DNA from: an uncultured Peptostreptococcaceae bacterium
GTDB lineage: Bacteria > Bacillota > Clostridia > Peptostreptococcales > Acidaminobacteraceae
DNA: 64,000 bases
Direction: 5' to 3'
NCBI GenBank assembly: GCA_964346475.1
Contig: CAYFUM010000002.1
Coordinates: 23,094-87,093, forward strand
Shown piece after piece: positions 44,601-53,384 of this stretch. The position numbers and the translations under genes were made by a program. Within the stretch, counting starts at the first letter, position 1; every line of letters starts with the position of its first letter. The notes beneath the pieces were generated by a model. The model was given only the letters and a program-made list of their open reading frames with translations, searched no databases and was not told the origin of the DNA.

Positions 44601-46861
44601 GGTTCAACTTCCTCAAAATCGCTAACCAGCACATCCCTGGGCTTACTAGCCTGTGGTGGACCTACAATACCAAGGGAATCCATCATATCTATTAGCCTTC
44701 CAGCTCTATTGTAGCCTATTCTAAAGCGTCTTTGTAGCATACTTGCCGAAGCACTCTTGGCGTCTATTACAAGCCTTATAGCGTCTTCTAGATACTCATC
44801 ATCATATAGGGAATCCTGGCTCTGTTGGGGCTTCTCAATGATCTCCTCATTATAATGGGTCTCGATATCTTGGCCCTTTATAAAGTCAACAAGTTTTGCA
44901 ATTTCATCATCGGAGACGAAGCAGCCCTGGACCCTTTTGGGCCTATTGCTGCCAAAGGGTGAGAAGAGCATATCTCCTTTACCTAGTAATTTTTCAGCTC
45001 CAGACATATCCAGTATAATCCTCGAGTCTATTGCAGAACTAACCGCAAAGGAAATTCTTGAGGGTATATTGGTCTTTATCTGGCCAGTAATAACCTCAGT
45101 TGATGGTCTTTGAGTAGCCACTATCAGATGTATTCCTGCAGCCCTTGCCATTTGGGAAAGCCTTGCAATAGAGTCTTCGACCTGGGCCGATGCCACCATC
45201 ATAAGGTCTGCCAGCTCATCAATAACAACTACTATCCTAGGTAGTTTATCTTCTATTTTACTATTAAATCCTGCAATATCCTTTACCCTAGCCTCAGCGA
45301 AGACTTCATAGCGTCTGGTCATTTCGTTGACAGCCCAACCCAGAGCCATAGCTGCCTTTTTGGGATCTGTGACAACAGGCAAAATAAGATGGGGTATCCC
45401 ATTATAGTTGCTCAGTTCCACAACCTTGGGGTCAATAAGAAGCAGCTTTACCTCATCGGGGGAAGCATTTATTAAAAGGCTTGCAATTATTGTATTAATG
45501 CAAACACTTTTTCCAGATCCTGTGCTTCCAGCAATTAAAAGGTGGGGCATGGCTGCTAGATCTGCCACCACAGGCCTACCCGAGATATCCTTACCAAGGG
45601 CTACAGCCAGGTGGGAGGAAATTGACTTATATTCTCTACTTGAAAGTATTTCTCTAAGTGCCACAGAGTCCTTTTCATTGTTAGGAATTTCTATGCCCAC
45701 AGTGCTTCTACCAGGTATAGGGGCTACCCTAACCTGGGGTACAGCCATATTTAGCGCAATGTCGTCAGCTAGGCCTGTTAGTTTAGAAATCTTTGTCCCT
45801 GGCTCCAACTGTAATTCAAAGCGATTTACAATAGGCCCCTTTACTACTTCTCGAATACTTGCCTTAACAGAAAAATTCAGGAGAATTTCCTCAAGTTTTC
45901 GAGCCAACTCTCTAGCCTGTTGTTTTTCTAGGCTACCGTCTTTAGACACTTTATTAGCATTTGCTAAAAGTTTTAGAGAAGGCTTTCTGTATTTTGACCC
46001 AGATTTTACAGGCCTAGGCAGATCTATCTCCAGACTCTCTAGAACCTGCTTTTCCATAGTAGCCCTAGGTTGTTCTTCCACCTCAGTCTTGGGGTCATCT
46101 AAAATCTCCTCTTTATTTTCAATATTTTCATCCAGAAGTTTTATATGTACATGATCATAATCATCACTAAAATTAAACTCCCGAGTTTGAACTTCTTCTT
46201 CTAGCTCTAGAGACTCTGGCCTCTTATTAGATCCAAAAAGAAATGATTCTTCCCTGACAGGTCTGACAGCCTTTTCCCTTTTAGGGGCTTTTATTTTCTC
46301 TTTCTTCTCCCTAGGTTTTGAATGGTTTTTCTGAAAATCTGCAACAGAAAGCCTGGTAAAAAAGTAGAAGGAAAGTAGACCTAGAGCCAGGGCAAGTATT
46401 ATAAGTCCATAGTTCCCTGTAGCCTTATAGGTTAAAACCACCAGGAGGTTACCAAAAGTCCCCGCGCTCTCACCCTTTATTCCTGTCTCAAAGGACCTCC
46501 TAAAGGTAGAAATGTTGTCAGAAAAAATTTGTAAAATAGGATTTAAAAGTAGATAACCCTGGATAAAGGTAGTCATTATAAAAAATGTCACTATTCCCGC
46601 ACTAAACCTGGCCCTATTATCCTGCATAGAAGGCATAATCCTTAAGCTAAACAGGATGAAAAAGGCAAGGGGTAAAAAATAACCTGAGAAACCAAAGGTA
46701 CCCAAGGTAAATTTTCGGACCAACTCTCCTATGGCACCTGTTTTGTTGGAAAATATAGCTACCAAGTAAAATATCAAAGCAGCCAAAAGAAGGGTAAATT
46801 TCACATGAACCATGGTGGATTTATCCTTCTTCTTTGTACTTTTTTTTCTATTTTTAGCCAT
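44591..46861 (-). CDS. ftsK: DNA translocase FtsK/SpoIIIE
   Basis: 756 aa with N-terminal TM helices, a charged linker, a motor domain with Walker A GSTGSGKS, and a gamma winged-helix C-terminus (LQRRFRIGYNRAGRLID). Confidence 0.93.
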   Translation of the reverse strand: MAKNRKKSTKKKDKSTMVHVKFTLLLAALIFYLVAIFSNKTGAIGELVRKFTLGTFGFSGYFLPLAFFILFSLRIMPSMQDNRARFSAGIVTFFIMTTFIQGYLLLNPILQIFSDNISTFRRSFETGIKGESAGTFGNLLVVLTYKATGNYGLIILALALGLLSFYFFTRLSVADFQKNHSKPREKKEKIKAPKREKAVRPVREESFLFGSNKRPESLELEEEVQTREFNFSDDYDHVHIKLLDENIENKEEILDDPKTEVEEQPRATMEKQVLESLEIDLPRPVKSGSKYRKPSLKLLANANKVSKDGSLEKQQARELARKLEEILLNFSVKASIREVVKGPIVNRFELQLEPGTKISKLTGLADDIALNMAVPQVRVAPIPGRSTVGIEIPNNEKDSVALREILSSREYKSISSHLAVALGKDISGRPVVADLAAMPHLLIAGSTGSGKSVCINTIIASLLINASPDEVKLLLIDPKVVELSNYNGIPHLILPVVTDPKKAAMALGWAVNEMTRRYEVFAEARVKDIAGFNSKIEDKLPRIVVVIDELADLMMVASAQVEDSIARLSQMARAAGIHLIVATQRPSTEVITGQIKTNIPSRISFAVSSAIDSRIILDMSGAEKLLGKGDMLFSPFGSNRPKRVQGCFVSDDEIAKLVDFIKGQDIETHYNEEIIEKPQQSQDSLYDDEYLEDAIRLVIDAKSASASMLQRRFRIGYNRAGRLIDMMDSLGIVGPPQASKPRDVLVSDFEEVEPWN

Positions 46862-46869
46862 ATTACCTC

Positions 46870-47304
46870 CTATAAGCTACCCGTTGAGCCAAACCCTCCA
46901 CTTCCCCTGCTAGTCTCTCCGATCACCTCAACTTCTTCAAGATTGGCTTGTATTACAGCGGAGAAAACAAGCTGGGCAATGCGCTCACCATCTTCTACAA
47001 TATAGGATTCTTTAGATAGGTTGACAAGGGGGATCATAAGCTCCCCCCTATAGTCACTATCTATTGTGCCGATAGCATTTATAAGGCTAAGGCCATGTTT
47101 AATACTCATGCCGCTTCTTGGCCTAATTTGGGCTTCATAACCCTGGGGGAGCTCTATAAAGAGCCCTGTAGGTATAAGCCTTCTTTCCAAGGAATCAAGC
47201 TTAATGGGTTCTTCTAGAAAAGCTCTCAAATCCATACCCGCTGAGCCTGGCGTCTTATATTCAGGCAGTGGATGGTGGGATTTGTTAATTACTCTAACCT
47301 TCAC
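46870..47304 (-). CDS. dut: dUTP diphosphatase
   Basis: 144 aa with trimeric dUTPase motifs [22 protein letters not shown] and [10 protein letters not shown]. Confidence 0.92.
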   Translation of the reverse strand: MKVRVINKSHHPLPEYKTPGSAGMDLRAFLEEPIKLDSLERRLIPTGLFIELPQGYEAQIRPRSGMSIKHGLSLINAIGTIDSDYRGELMIPLVNLSKESYIVEDGERIAQLVFSAVIQANLEEVEVIGETSRGSGGFGSTGSL

Positions 47305-49663
47305 TGATTGCCTCTTCCAATAAAGCCTTCCTAGAAACTCCTATTTTTTCTCCATCGATACTTATAACCTTGACTACTATCTCATCACCAACTTTAAATT
47401 CATCCTCAACCCTTCTTAGGTGTTTTAAAGTAAGTTCCGAGATGTGACACAGGGCATCCACACCCTTAGTCAGCTCAACAAAAGCGCCAAATTTGGCAAT
47501 CCTAAGAATCTTAGAAGTATAGACATCACCAATGGAAATGTTCTTAATTTTTTCTGCGAGTTCCTTATTTTCCTCCTGCTTTAGAAGAGCTTTTCTCGAG
47601 GCGGCAATTTTACCATCACCGTCAATGCCGATTACCTTAACCTCTATTATTTCACCCTCTTTAAATTTATCCTCTACATTTTCTAGGCGTTCTATGGTCA
47701 GTTCTGACACATGCACCAGGGCTTCATGATAGGGAGTAAGGGCAACAAAGGCACCAAACTTGGCAATTCGAACTATTTTAGCATCATAAATCTCGCCAAC
47801 TTCAACTTCTTTGGTTATCTCTTCAATGGCTTTTTTGGCGCCCTCACCACCGGGGCCATCCTCTGCTGTAATTATAATCCTGCCATCATCATCTATATCT
47901 ATTTTACACTTATAATCAGCAGTAATTTGATTGATAGTTTTACCACCAGAGCCAATGACATCCCGTATCTTGTCAGGATGAATCCAGAGGATAAATACTC
48001 TTGGTGCATAGGGCGATAACTCTGCCGGGCTTTCAATAGCACTGTTCATCGCCTCAAGAATATGCATACGGCCTTCCTTGGCCTGGGCCAGAGCCCTTTC
48101 TAAAATCTCTCTATCAATACCAGCTATTTTCATATCCATTTGCATAGCTGTGATACCTTCTTTGGTCCCGGCAACTTTAAAGTCCATATCACCCAGGAAG
48201 TCTTCAACGCCCTGGATATCGCTTAAAATAGCCACATCCTCCCCTTCCTTTATAAGGCCCATGGCAATGCCTGCCACCTGGTCCTTGATAGGAACACCAG
48301 CATCTAAAAGAGCCATACTGGCAGCACAGATACTGGCCTGAGAACTTGAGCCATTGGAGGAGAGGACCTCTGAAACTACCCTAATACTATAGGGGAAATC
48401 ATCCTCATCGGGTATGACAGCTAGAAGAGCCTTTTCACCCAGTGCCCCATGGCCTATTGCTCTTCTATTGGGACCACGGATAGGACCGGTTTCTCCAACA
48501 GAATAATTAGGGAAATTATAATGGTGCATAAATCGCTTGGATTCATCTAGCTCTATGCCATCCAGTCTCTGAGCATCCCCCAGAGCTCCTAGGGTTGTTA
48601 TACTTAGAGCGCTGGTCTGGCCTCTTACAAAGTAACCAGAGCCATGGGTCCTTCTAAGTAGACCTGTCTCGGTAAAGAGTTTTCTTATCTCGTGGCTTTT
48701 CCTACCATCGGGTCTATGATTTTCCTTGATAATCATCTCTCTCATGGTCTGTTTTTCTATTTCTTTAAGATTTGCCAGCAGGCTATCCCTAGCTTCTTCT
48801 AAATCTTCATTATTCTCACTATACTTGTCTAGAAGCTGGTTGCTAAGCTCCTCCATGGCCTCCTGACGGGCTTCTTTTTCCAGGGACTGGGCAAAGATAT
48901 CACGGATTTTGTTAGCTGCAAAGTCTTTTACAAAGTCTATCTTCTCTAAATCCTGACTTTCAGCCTCATAGGGTGTCTTTATAACACCGGTTTCTTCAAC
49001 GATTTCATCTATAAAGTCAGTTATCTTCTTTATTTCCTCATGTGCTAGAAGGATGGCCTCTAGGATCTTCTCCTCAGATACTATATTAGCCTGGGCTTCA
49101 ACCATGAGAACGGCTTCCTTGGTTCCTGCAACAATTAGGCTTAACTTGGACTGGGCAAGCTCCTCTTCCGAAGGATTCAGTATAAATACATCGTCAATTA
49201 GACCAATCTGCATAGCTCCTATAGGGCCTAAAAAGGGAATATCCTTGGCTAGGCTCAGTGCAATACTAGCTCCGATCATGGCTACCACTTCGGGGCCAGA
49301 TTCATGGTCAATACTCATGACCTCTGCAATTATCTGCAGATCATTTTTGTATCCCTCGGGGAAGAGTGGCCTAATGGGCCTATCCATTAACCTTGAAGCC
49401 AGGGTAGCCTTCTCAGAAGGTCTGGCTTCTCTTTTTAAATAGGAACCGGGTATTCTACCAACAGCATAAAGTTTTTCCTGAAACTCACAACTCAGCGGGA
49501 AAAAATCAATTCCCTCCCTAGGAGCTGCACTGGTCACGTGTACCATGACCTGGGTATCTTGATAACTGACAAAGACGGTGGCGTCGCTTAAAGGTGCAAA
49601 TTTTCCGACGACAACTTCAAGTTCACGTCCTGCCAGCATCATGCGAAAGATTCTTTCTTCCAT
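47294..49663 (-). CDS. pnp: polyribonucleotide nucleotidyltransferase (PNPase) with a duplicated C-terminal S1 domain
   Basis: 789 aa with two RNase PH domains, a KH domain ([13 protein letters not shown]) and then two consecutive S1 domains (residues ~621-694 and ~710-782). Confidence 0.95.
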   Translation of the reverse strand: MEERIFRMMLAGRELEVVVGKFAPLSDATVFVSYQDTQVMVHVTSAAPREGIDFFPLSCEFQEKLYAVGRIPGSYLKREARPSEKATLASRLMDRPIRPLFPEGYKNDLQIIAEVMSIDHESGPEVVAMIGASIALSLAKDIPFLGPIGAMQIGLIDDVFILNPSEEELAQSKLSLIVAGTKEAVLMVEAQANIVSEEKILEAILLAHEEIKKITDFIDEIVEETGVIKTPYEAESQDLEKIDFVKDFAANKIRDIFAQSLEKEARQEAMEELSNQLLDKYSENNEDLEEARDSLLANLKEIEKQTMREMIIKENHRPDGRKSHEIRKLFTETGLLRRTHGSGYFVRGQTSALSITTLGALGDAQRLDGIELDESKRFMHHYNFPNYSVGETGPIRGPNRRAIGHGALGEKALLAVIPDEDDFPYSIRVVSEVLSSNGSSSQASICAASMALLDAGVPIKDQVAGIAMGLIKEGEDVAILSDIQGVEDFLGDMDFKVAGTKEGITAMQMDMKIAGIDREILERALAQAKEGRMHILEAMNSAIESPAELSPYAPRVFILWIHPDKIRDVIGSGGKTINQITADYKCKIDIDDDGRIIITAEDGPGGEGAKKAIEEITKEVEVGEIYDAKIVRIAKFGAFVALTPYHEALVHVSELTIERLENVEDKFKEGEIIEVKVIGIDGDGKIAASRKALLKQEENKELAEKIKNISIGDVYTSKILRIAKFGAFVELTKGVDALCHISELTLKHLRRVEDEFKVGDEIVVKVISIDGEKIGVSRKALLEEAISEG

Positions 49664-49696
49664 TTTTCCTCCTTGTTTACCTTCTATAATATGAAG

Positions 49697-49718
49697 AAAA
49701 GGTGGGTACGCCCCACCT
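49697..49718 (-). terminator. hairpin/terminator between rpsO and pnp
   Basis: Minus-strand RNA is AGGUGGGG-CGUA-CCCACCU followed by UUUCUUC, 2 nt after the rpsO stop. It may act as a partial terminator or processing site, as at rpsO-pnp junctions elsewhere. Confidence 0.7.
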
Positions 49719-49719
49719 C

Positions 49720-49983
49720 TTATTTACGCAGTCCTAGACGTTCGATTAGATTTCTATAACGCTGGATATCTTGTTTTCTTACATAATCCAAGAGATTTCT
49801 TCTCTTACCTACCAATTTTAAAAGACCTCTTCTTGAATGGTGATCTTTAGGATGAACCTTTAAGTGCTCATTCAATTCATTAATTCTAAAAGTGTGGATA
49901 GCAACCTGAACTTCTGCAGATCCCACATCATTGTCATGGAGTCTATACTCCTCGATAATTGTTTGTTTTTGTTCTTTTGTCAT
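49720..49983 (-). CDS. rpsO: 30S ribosomal protein S15
   Basis: 87 aa with GSAEVQVA and [21 protein letters not shown] blocks. Confidence 0.97.
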   Translation of the reverse strand: MTKEQKQTIIEEYRLHDNDVGSAEVQVAIHTFRINELNEHLKVHPKDHHSRRGLLKLVGKRRNLLDYVRKQDIQRYRNLIERLGLRK

Positions 49984-50094
49984 TTCTTTCTCCTAAATTA
50001 TTATTCACTTAGGCCCTGTAATAGTTGGAGTATCTAGAACAAGGCCAAAGTACCATCACTAATGTTATCACAGTAAATTTACTTTGTAAAGAAT

Positions 50095-50346
50095 CTATTT
50101 TTTTCTCAGTGAATCTATATTTTCTTCTAACCACTGCATAATTGCCCTGGATTCATATAGGGCTTTTCCCCTAATATCCAAACAGGGTATCTGTCTTTTA
50201 CCACCTAGCTCAACTAGTTCCTTTATATAGTTTTTATCTTCAGCAATATCAAGGATTTCAATGTCTAAATTCTCTTCTCTTATGAGACGCTCCGCGTCCT
50301 TGCAATAGGGTCAGTAGTTTCCAGTAAATAATCTAATCATTGCCAT
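50095..50346 (-). CDS. glutaredoxin-like thioredoxin-fold protein with in-frame TGA at the redox cysteine (probable selenocysteine, U-P-Y-C)
   Basis: Not in the ORF track. My translation is MAMIRLFTGNY[TGA 50313-50311]PYCKDAERLIREENLDIEILDIAEDKNYIKELVELGGKRQIPCLDIRGKALYESRAIMQWLEENIDSLRKK, ending at a stop at 50097-50095. The frame checks out: 252 nt from ATG 50346, or 246 nt from ATG 50340. AAGGAG lies 4 and 10 nt upstream of the two ATGs, and ATG 50346 overlaps the ribF stop (TAATG). Confidence 0.75.
50285..50299 (-). promoter_or_regulatory. candidate bacterial SECIS hairpin
   Basis: RNA is GGACGC-GGA-GCGUCU, 5 GC-rich pairs plus a G-U pair. It begins 11 nt after the UGA, and the apical loop starts with GG about 17 nt after the UGA. 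Confidence 0.55.
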
Positions 50347-51251
50347 TATTCTCCTTTTAAACTCTTTTCTTCGAAATAGGATATTGTATCCTCTACATCC
50401 CTTTTTATCTGAGCCTTCAAATCCTCCAGGTTGTCATACTTGATTTCCTCCCTTAGATAGTGAAGAAAATCAATCTTAACCTCCTGGCCATAGATATTTT
50501 TATCAAATTCCAAAATATGGGTCTCTACAGAAAAGGGCCTGCCATCAAAGGTGGGTATTTTACCAATATTAGTAACACTCATATAAACCTGGTCAACCAG
50601 GTAGGTCTTAGTGATATAGACACCAGTTCTCAGTGCGTAAACACTGTCATTTATAGTCACATTGGTGGTTGGGTAACCAAGGGATTTGCCTATTTTTTTA
50701 CCATGGATAACCTGGCCACTATGCCTATAGGGTCTCCCCAGATATTGGGCTAGTTTTTCCATCTCACCTCTAGTCATAAATTCCCTTATACTAGTAGAGC
50801 TGACTATTTTTCCATCAATATAGTAGGGATCAACAAGGATTTTTTCTAGGCTATCCCCGCTGTAGTCCCTGGCATCATAACCAAACTTAAAATCATGACC
50901 CACAATTATTTTCTTTATGGGTAAGCCTAAGTAGTCTAGGAATTCCCCCTGAGACATCTTTCTTATGCTTTGATTGAATTCAAGCGCTAAAACCACATCA
51001 ATGCCCAGTCCATCTATTATATCTAACTTTTCATCAGCGGAAATTATTGGTATAACCTTCTTGCCAGCAATTAATTCCTTGGGGTGGTTGGTAAAGGTAA
51101 CCACCAGGCTCTTTAGACCACTTTTTTTCGCTTCAGCATTAAGTGCATTGAGAATTTTTCTGTGGCCAAGATGGACCCCATCAAAGTTTCCCATGGTAAT
51201 GGCAAATTCTCCATCAACATGCCTTAAGTCCTCAACTCTTTTAACTACCAT
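50346..51251 (-). CDS. ribF: bifunctional riboflavin kinase / FMN adenylyltransferase
   Basis: Has the GNFDGVHLGH motif and a C-terminal riboflavin kinase domain (GYPTTN..). The likely start is MVVKRVED at 51251; the track ORF begins at 51296 inside truB. Confidence 0.9.
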   Translation of the reverse strand: MVVKRVEDLRHVDGEFAITMGNFDGVHLGHRKILNALNAEAKKSGLKSLVVTFTNHPKELIAGKKVIPIISADEKLDIIDGLGIDVVLALEFNQSIRKMSQGEFLDYLGLPIKKIIVGHDFKFGYDARDYSGDSLEKILVDPYYIDGKIVSSTSIREFMTRGEMEKLAQYLGRPYRHSGQVIHGKKIGKSLGYPTTNVTINDSVYALRTGVYITKTYLVDQVYMSVTNIGKIPTFDGRPFSVETHILEFDKNIYGQEVKIDFLHYLREEIKYDNLEDLKAQIKRDVEDTISYFEEKSLKGE

Positions 51252-52116
51252 AATCCACCTGAACCACTCTTTCTCTTTGTAAAAACCCATCTTCACACAG
51301 ACCAGTGCCTACAAATTTTTCCCTAGAATAAAGCAAATACCTGCCGGCTTGGCAGGAGGCTTCAATTGATTTAATCCTGCCCTGGGCCAGGAGTTTGTAC
51401 TCACTATCCCCTAGGTCAAACCTTGGTAAAACCACATTATTATCAACAGAAAGTAGAAAGGTGTGATCTTTCTTCCTAAACATTTCTTCTATTTCTTCTA
51501 ATTTAAAGCAGTCTTCAAGCCGGGCCCAATCGTTATGTTGACGTATAAGACCAGACATAATGGCTCCCGTAGCCAACTTCTCACCAATATCACTTATAAG
51601 GGTCCTTATATAGGTTCCCCTGCTACATTTAATTTCAAGGCTACCCCTGGTACCATCAAAGTCTAAAAGATTAATTTTACTAATAAAAATCTCTCTTTTC
51701 TTTCTGGGAATATCCTGACCAGCCCTAGCATAGTGATAAAGGGGTCGACCCTGATACTTTATAGCCGAGTACATGGGAGGTAGCTGGTAGCTCTCACCTA
51801 GAAATCCAGTAATTACTTGCTCCACTTGAGCCCTACTAGGCTGGAAAAAGTCAAGCTGCTCCACCCTACCCCAAATATCAAGAGTATCTGAGGTCTGACC
51901 AAGGACAAAATCTGCTCTATAGACCTTTTCCTCTTCAGCTAAAAGGTCAATAAAGCGAGTAGCTCTTCCCACATAGCAGTTCAAAACACCCTGAGCCATG
52001 GGGTCTAGGGTGCCGGAATGACCAATTTTTTTTATGCCCAGGATCCTTCTTAGCCTGCTGACAGCCTGTTGGGAAGTCATATCCTGGGGCTTGTAGAGAT
52101 TTATCTTACCCCACAT
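51241..52116 (-). CDS. truB: tRNA pseudouridine(55) synthase
   Basis: 291 aa with GKINLYKPQDMTS and the catalytic-Asp block GHSGTLDPMAQGVL. Confidence 0.92.
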   Translation of the reverse strand: MWGKINLYKPQDMTSQQAVSRLRRILGIKKIGHSGTLDPMAQGVLNCYVGRATRFIDLLAEEEKVYRADFVLGQTSDTLDIWGRVEQLDFFQPSRAQVEQVITGFLGESYQLPPMYSAIKYQGRPLYHYARAGQDIPRKKREIFISKINLLDFDGTRGSLEIKCSRGTYIRTLISDIGEKLATGAIMSGLIRQHNDWARLEDCFKLEEIEEMFRKKDHTFLLSVDNNVVLPRFDLGDSEYKLLAQGRIKSIEASCQAGRYLLYSREKFVGTGLCEDGFLQRERVVQVDYGS

Positions 52117-53041
52117 GGCTAAGAGCCTCTAGTTTTTTTATTAATATTTCCAGCTGGTCCAGATTGATATCCGCCCCAGCCGCCTTTTTATGGCCACCTC
52201 CCCCAAAAAAGCTAGCAAGTTCATCTACATTCTGGTGGCCTTTACTCCTCAAAGAGAGCTTATGCTTATCCTGATAGTCATAGACCAGGGCAGCGACATC
52301 AACTCCCTGAATATCCCTTAGAAGGGTAATAACATCATCAGTTTCATAAAAACCAGCCCTTTTGAAATCTTCCTTGGTCAACCTACAGAAGACTATGTTC
52401 TTTCCAATAAACTCAGATTTCTCCAGAGCCAGATAGGATAGCTTTAAAACTTCCAAGGGCTTTTCTCCGAATATATTTCTATGAATTTTTTCAAAATCTG
52501 CCCCAGCCTCCTGGAGTCTAGCTGCAAGCCTCAGTGTGTTAGCAGTAGAAGAGGTATATAGAAACCTATTGGTATCTGTAACTATAGCAATATAAAGGGC
52601 CTGAGCAATTTCTTCATCCAATTCAACTTCCAACTCATCAAGGACCTCTGCCATAAGTTCTCCGGTACTAGAGAGTCCACCATAAACAAGGTTAATATCA
52701 CCATAAAGGCTATTTGTTCCATGATGGTCAATATTTAGCAGGGGTAAATCCCTATACCTATCGTATATATCAGGCAGCCTGGTCTCATCGGCAGTATCCA
52801 CACTGACAAGGGCTTCAAAGCCGCTGCCAGGCTCCTGACTAGAAAACTCATCCTTAAAAAAGGAAGAAAGGTTATAGGGAATTTCATCCTGGTTAAAAAC
52901 CTGAGCCTTTTTGCCCAAATTTTCCAGGGCCAACTTTAAAGCGATGGCGCTGCCCAGGGCATCCCCATCTGCCTTAATATGGGGAAGAATAAGGAAGTTA
53001 TTGTAAGCCCTAAGAAAATCCCTACTCTTCTTCAGAGTCAT
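52106..53041 (-). CDS. nrnA: DHH/DHHA1 phosphoesterase (NrnA-type oligoribonuclease / pAp phosphatase)
   Basis: Has DHH motifs HIKADGDALGS and NIDHHGTN plus the DHHA1 motif GGGHKKAAG. The likely start is MTLKKSRDF at 53041. Confidence 0.8.
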   Translation of the reverse strand: MTLKKSRDFLRAYNNFLILPHIKADGDALGSAIALKLALENLGKKAQVFNQDEIPYNLSSFFKDEFSSQEPGSGFEALVSVDTADETRLPDIYDRYRDLPLLNIDHHGTNSLYGDINLVYGGLSSTGELMAEVLDELEVELDEEIAQALYIAIVTDTNRFLYTSSTANTLRLAARLQEAGADFEKIHRNIFGEKPLEVLKLSYLALEKSEFIGKNIVFCRLTKEDFKRAGFYETDDVITLLRDIQGVDVAALVYDYQDKHKLSLRSKGHQNVDELASFFGGGGHKKAAGADINLDQLEILIKKLEALSHVG

Positions 53042-53384
53042 CACTATAGGTGATTCCACGTAGGATTTCCTCCATCTCCATTCCCCTTTCAATTGAATCA
53101 TCATAGAAAAATATAGGTTCTGGAGTGTTGTAGGTTTTCAGCTCATTGCCCAGTTCTTTTCTAAAGAAGCCTGAGGCCTTGTTCAATACCTTTAGGACCT
53201 CTTCCCTATCCTCTTCACCCACCCAGGAAACAAAAACCTTGGCTTGCTTCATATCCCTGGTAGTATCCACTTCCAGGACATTTATCATAGAAGGAAGCCG
53301 GGGATCCTTCATACCATATAGAAGCGAAGAGCTAATTATCTTTCTAATTTCTTCATTAATCTTTCTAATTCTTTGTTTATTCAT
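53022..53384 (-). CDS. rbfA: ribosome-binding factor A
   Basis: 120 aa with RIRKINEEIRKIISSSL and VEVDTTRDMKQAKVFVS. It is in the canonical position after infB. Confidence 0.9.
   Translation of the reverse strand: MNKQRIRKINEEIRKIISSSLLYGMKDPRLPSMINVLEVDTTRDMKQAKVFVSWVGEEDREEVLKVLNKASGFFRKELGNELKTYNTPEPIFFYDDSIERGMEMEEILRGITYSDDSEEE

Noticed and set aside
45408-46154. 248-aa plus-strand ORF. Similar long plus-strand ORFs occur at 54267-54995, 31129-31572, 22951-23346, 14416-14874, 49053-49442, 13341-13697 and 62002-62370.
   Set aside because: All lie antisense to well-supported minus-strand genes (ftsK, infB, nifS, rnj, dxs/ispA, pnp, ispG). They have Ser/Leu/Pro/Ile-rich low-complexity composition typical of shadow frames, no Shine-Dalgarno sites and no recognisable motifs.
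50095-50346. Alternative reading of the Grx-like locus as a decayed pseudogene with a nonsense mutation.
   Set aside because: The only lesion is a TGA at exactly the catalytic-Cys codon. The rest of the 82-codon frame, the RBS and the coupled start are intact. A suitably placed hairpin follows, and selenium metabolism (mnmH) is present. I kept it as a CDS with probable Sec, but this needs the sel gene check.
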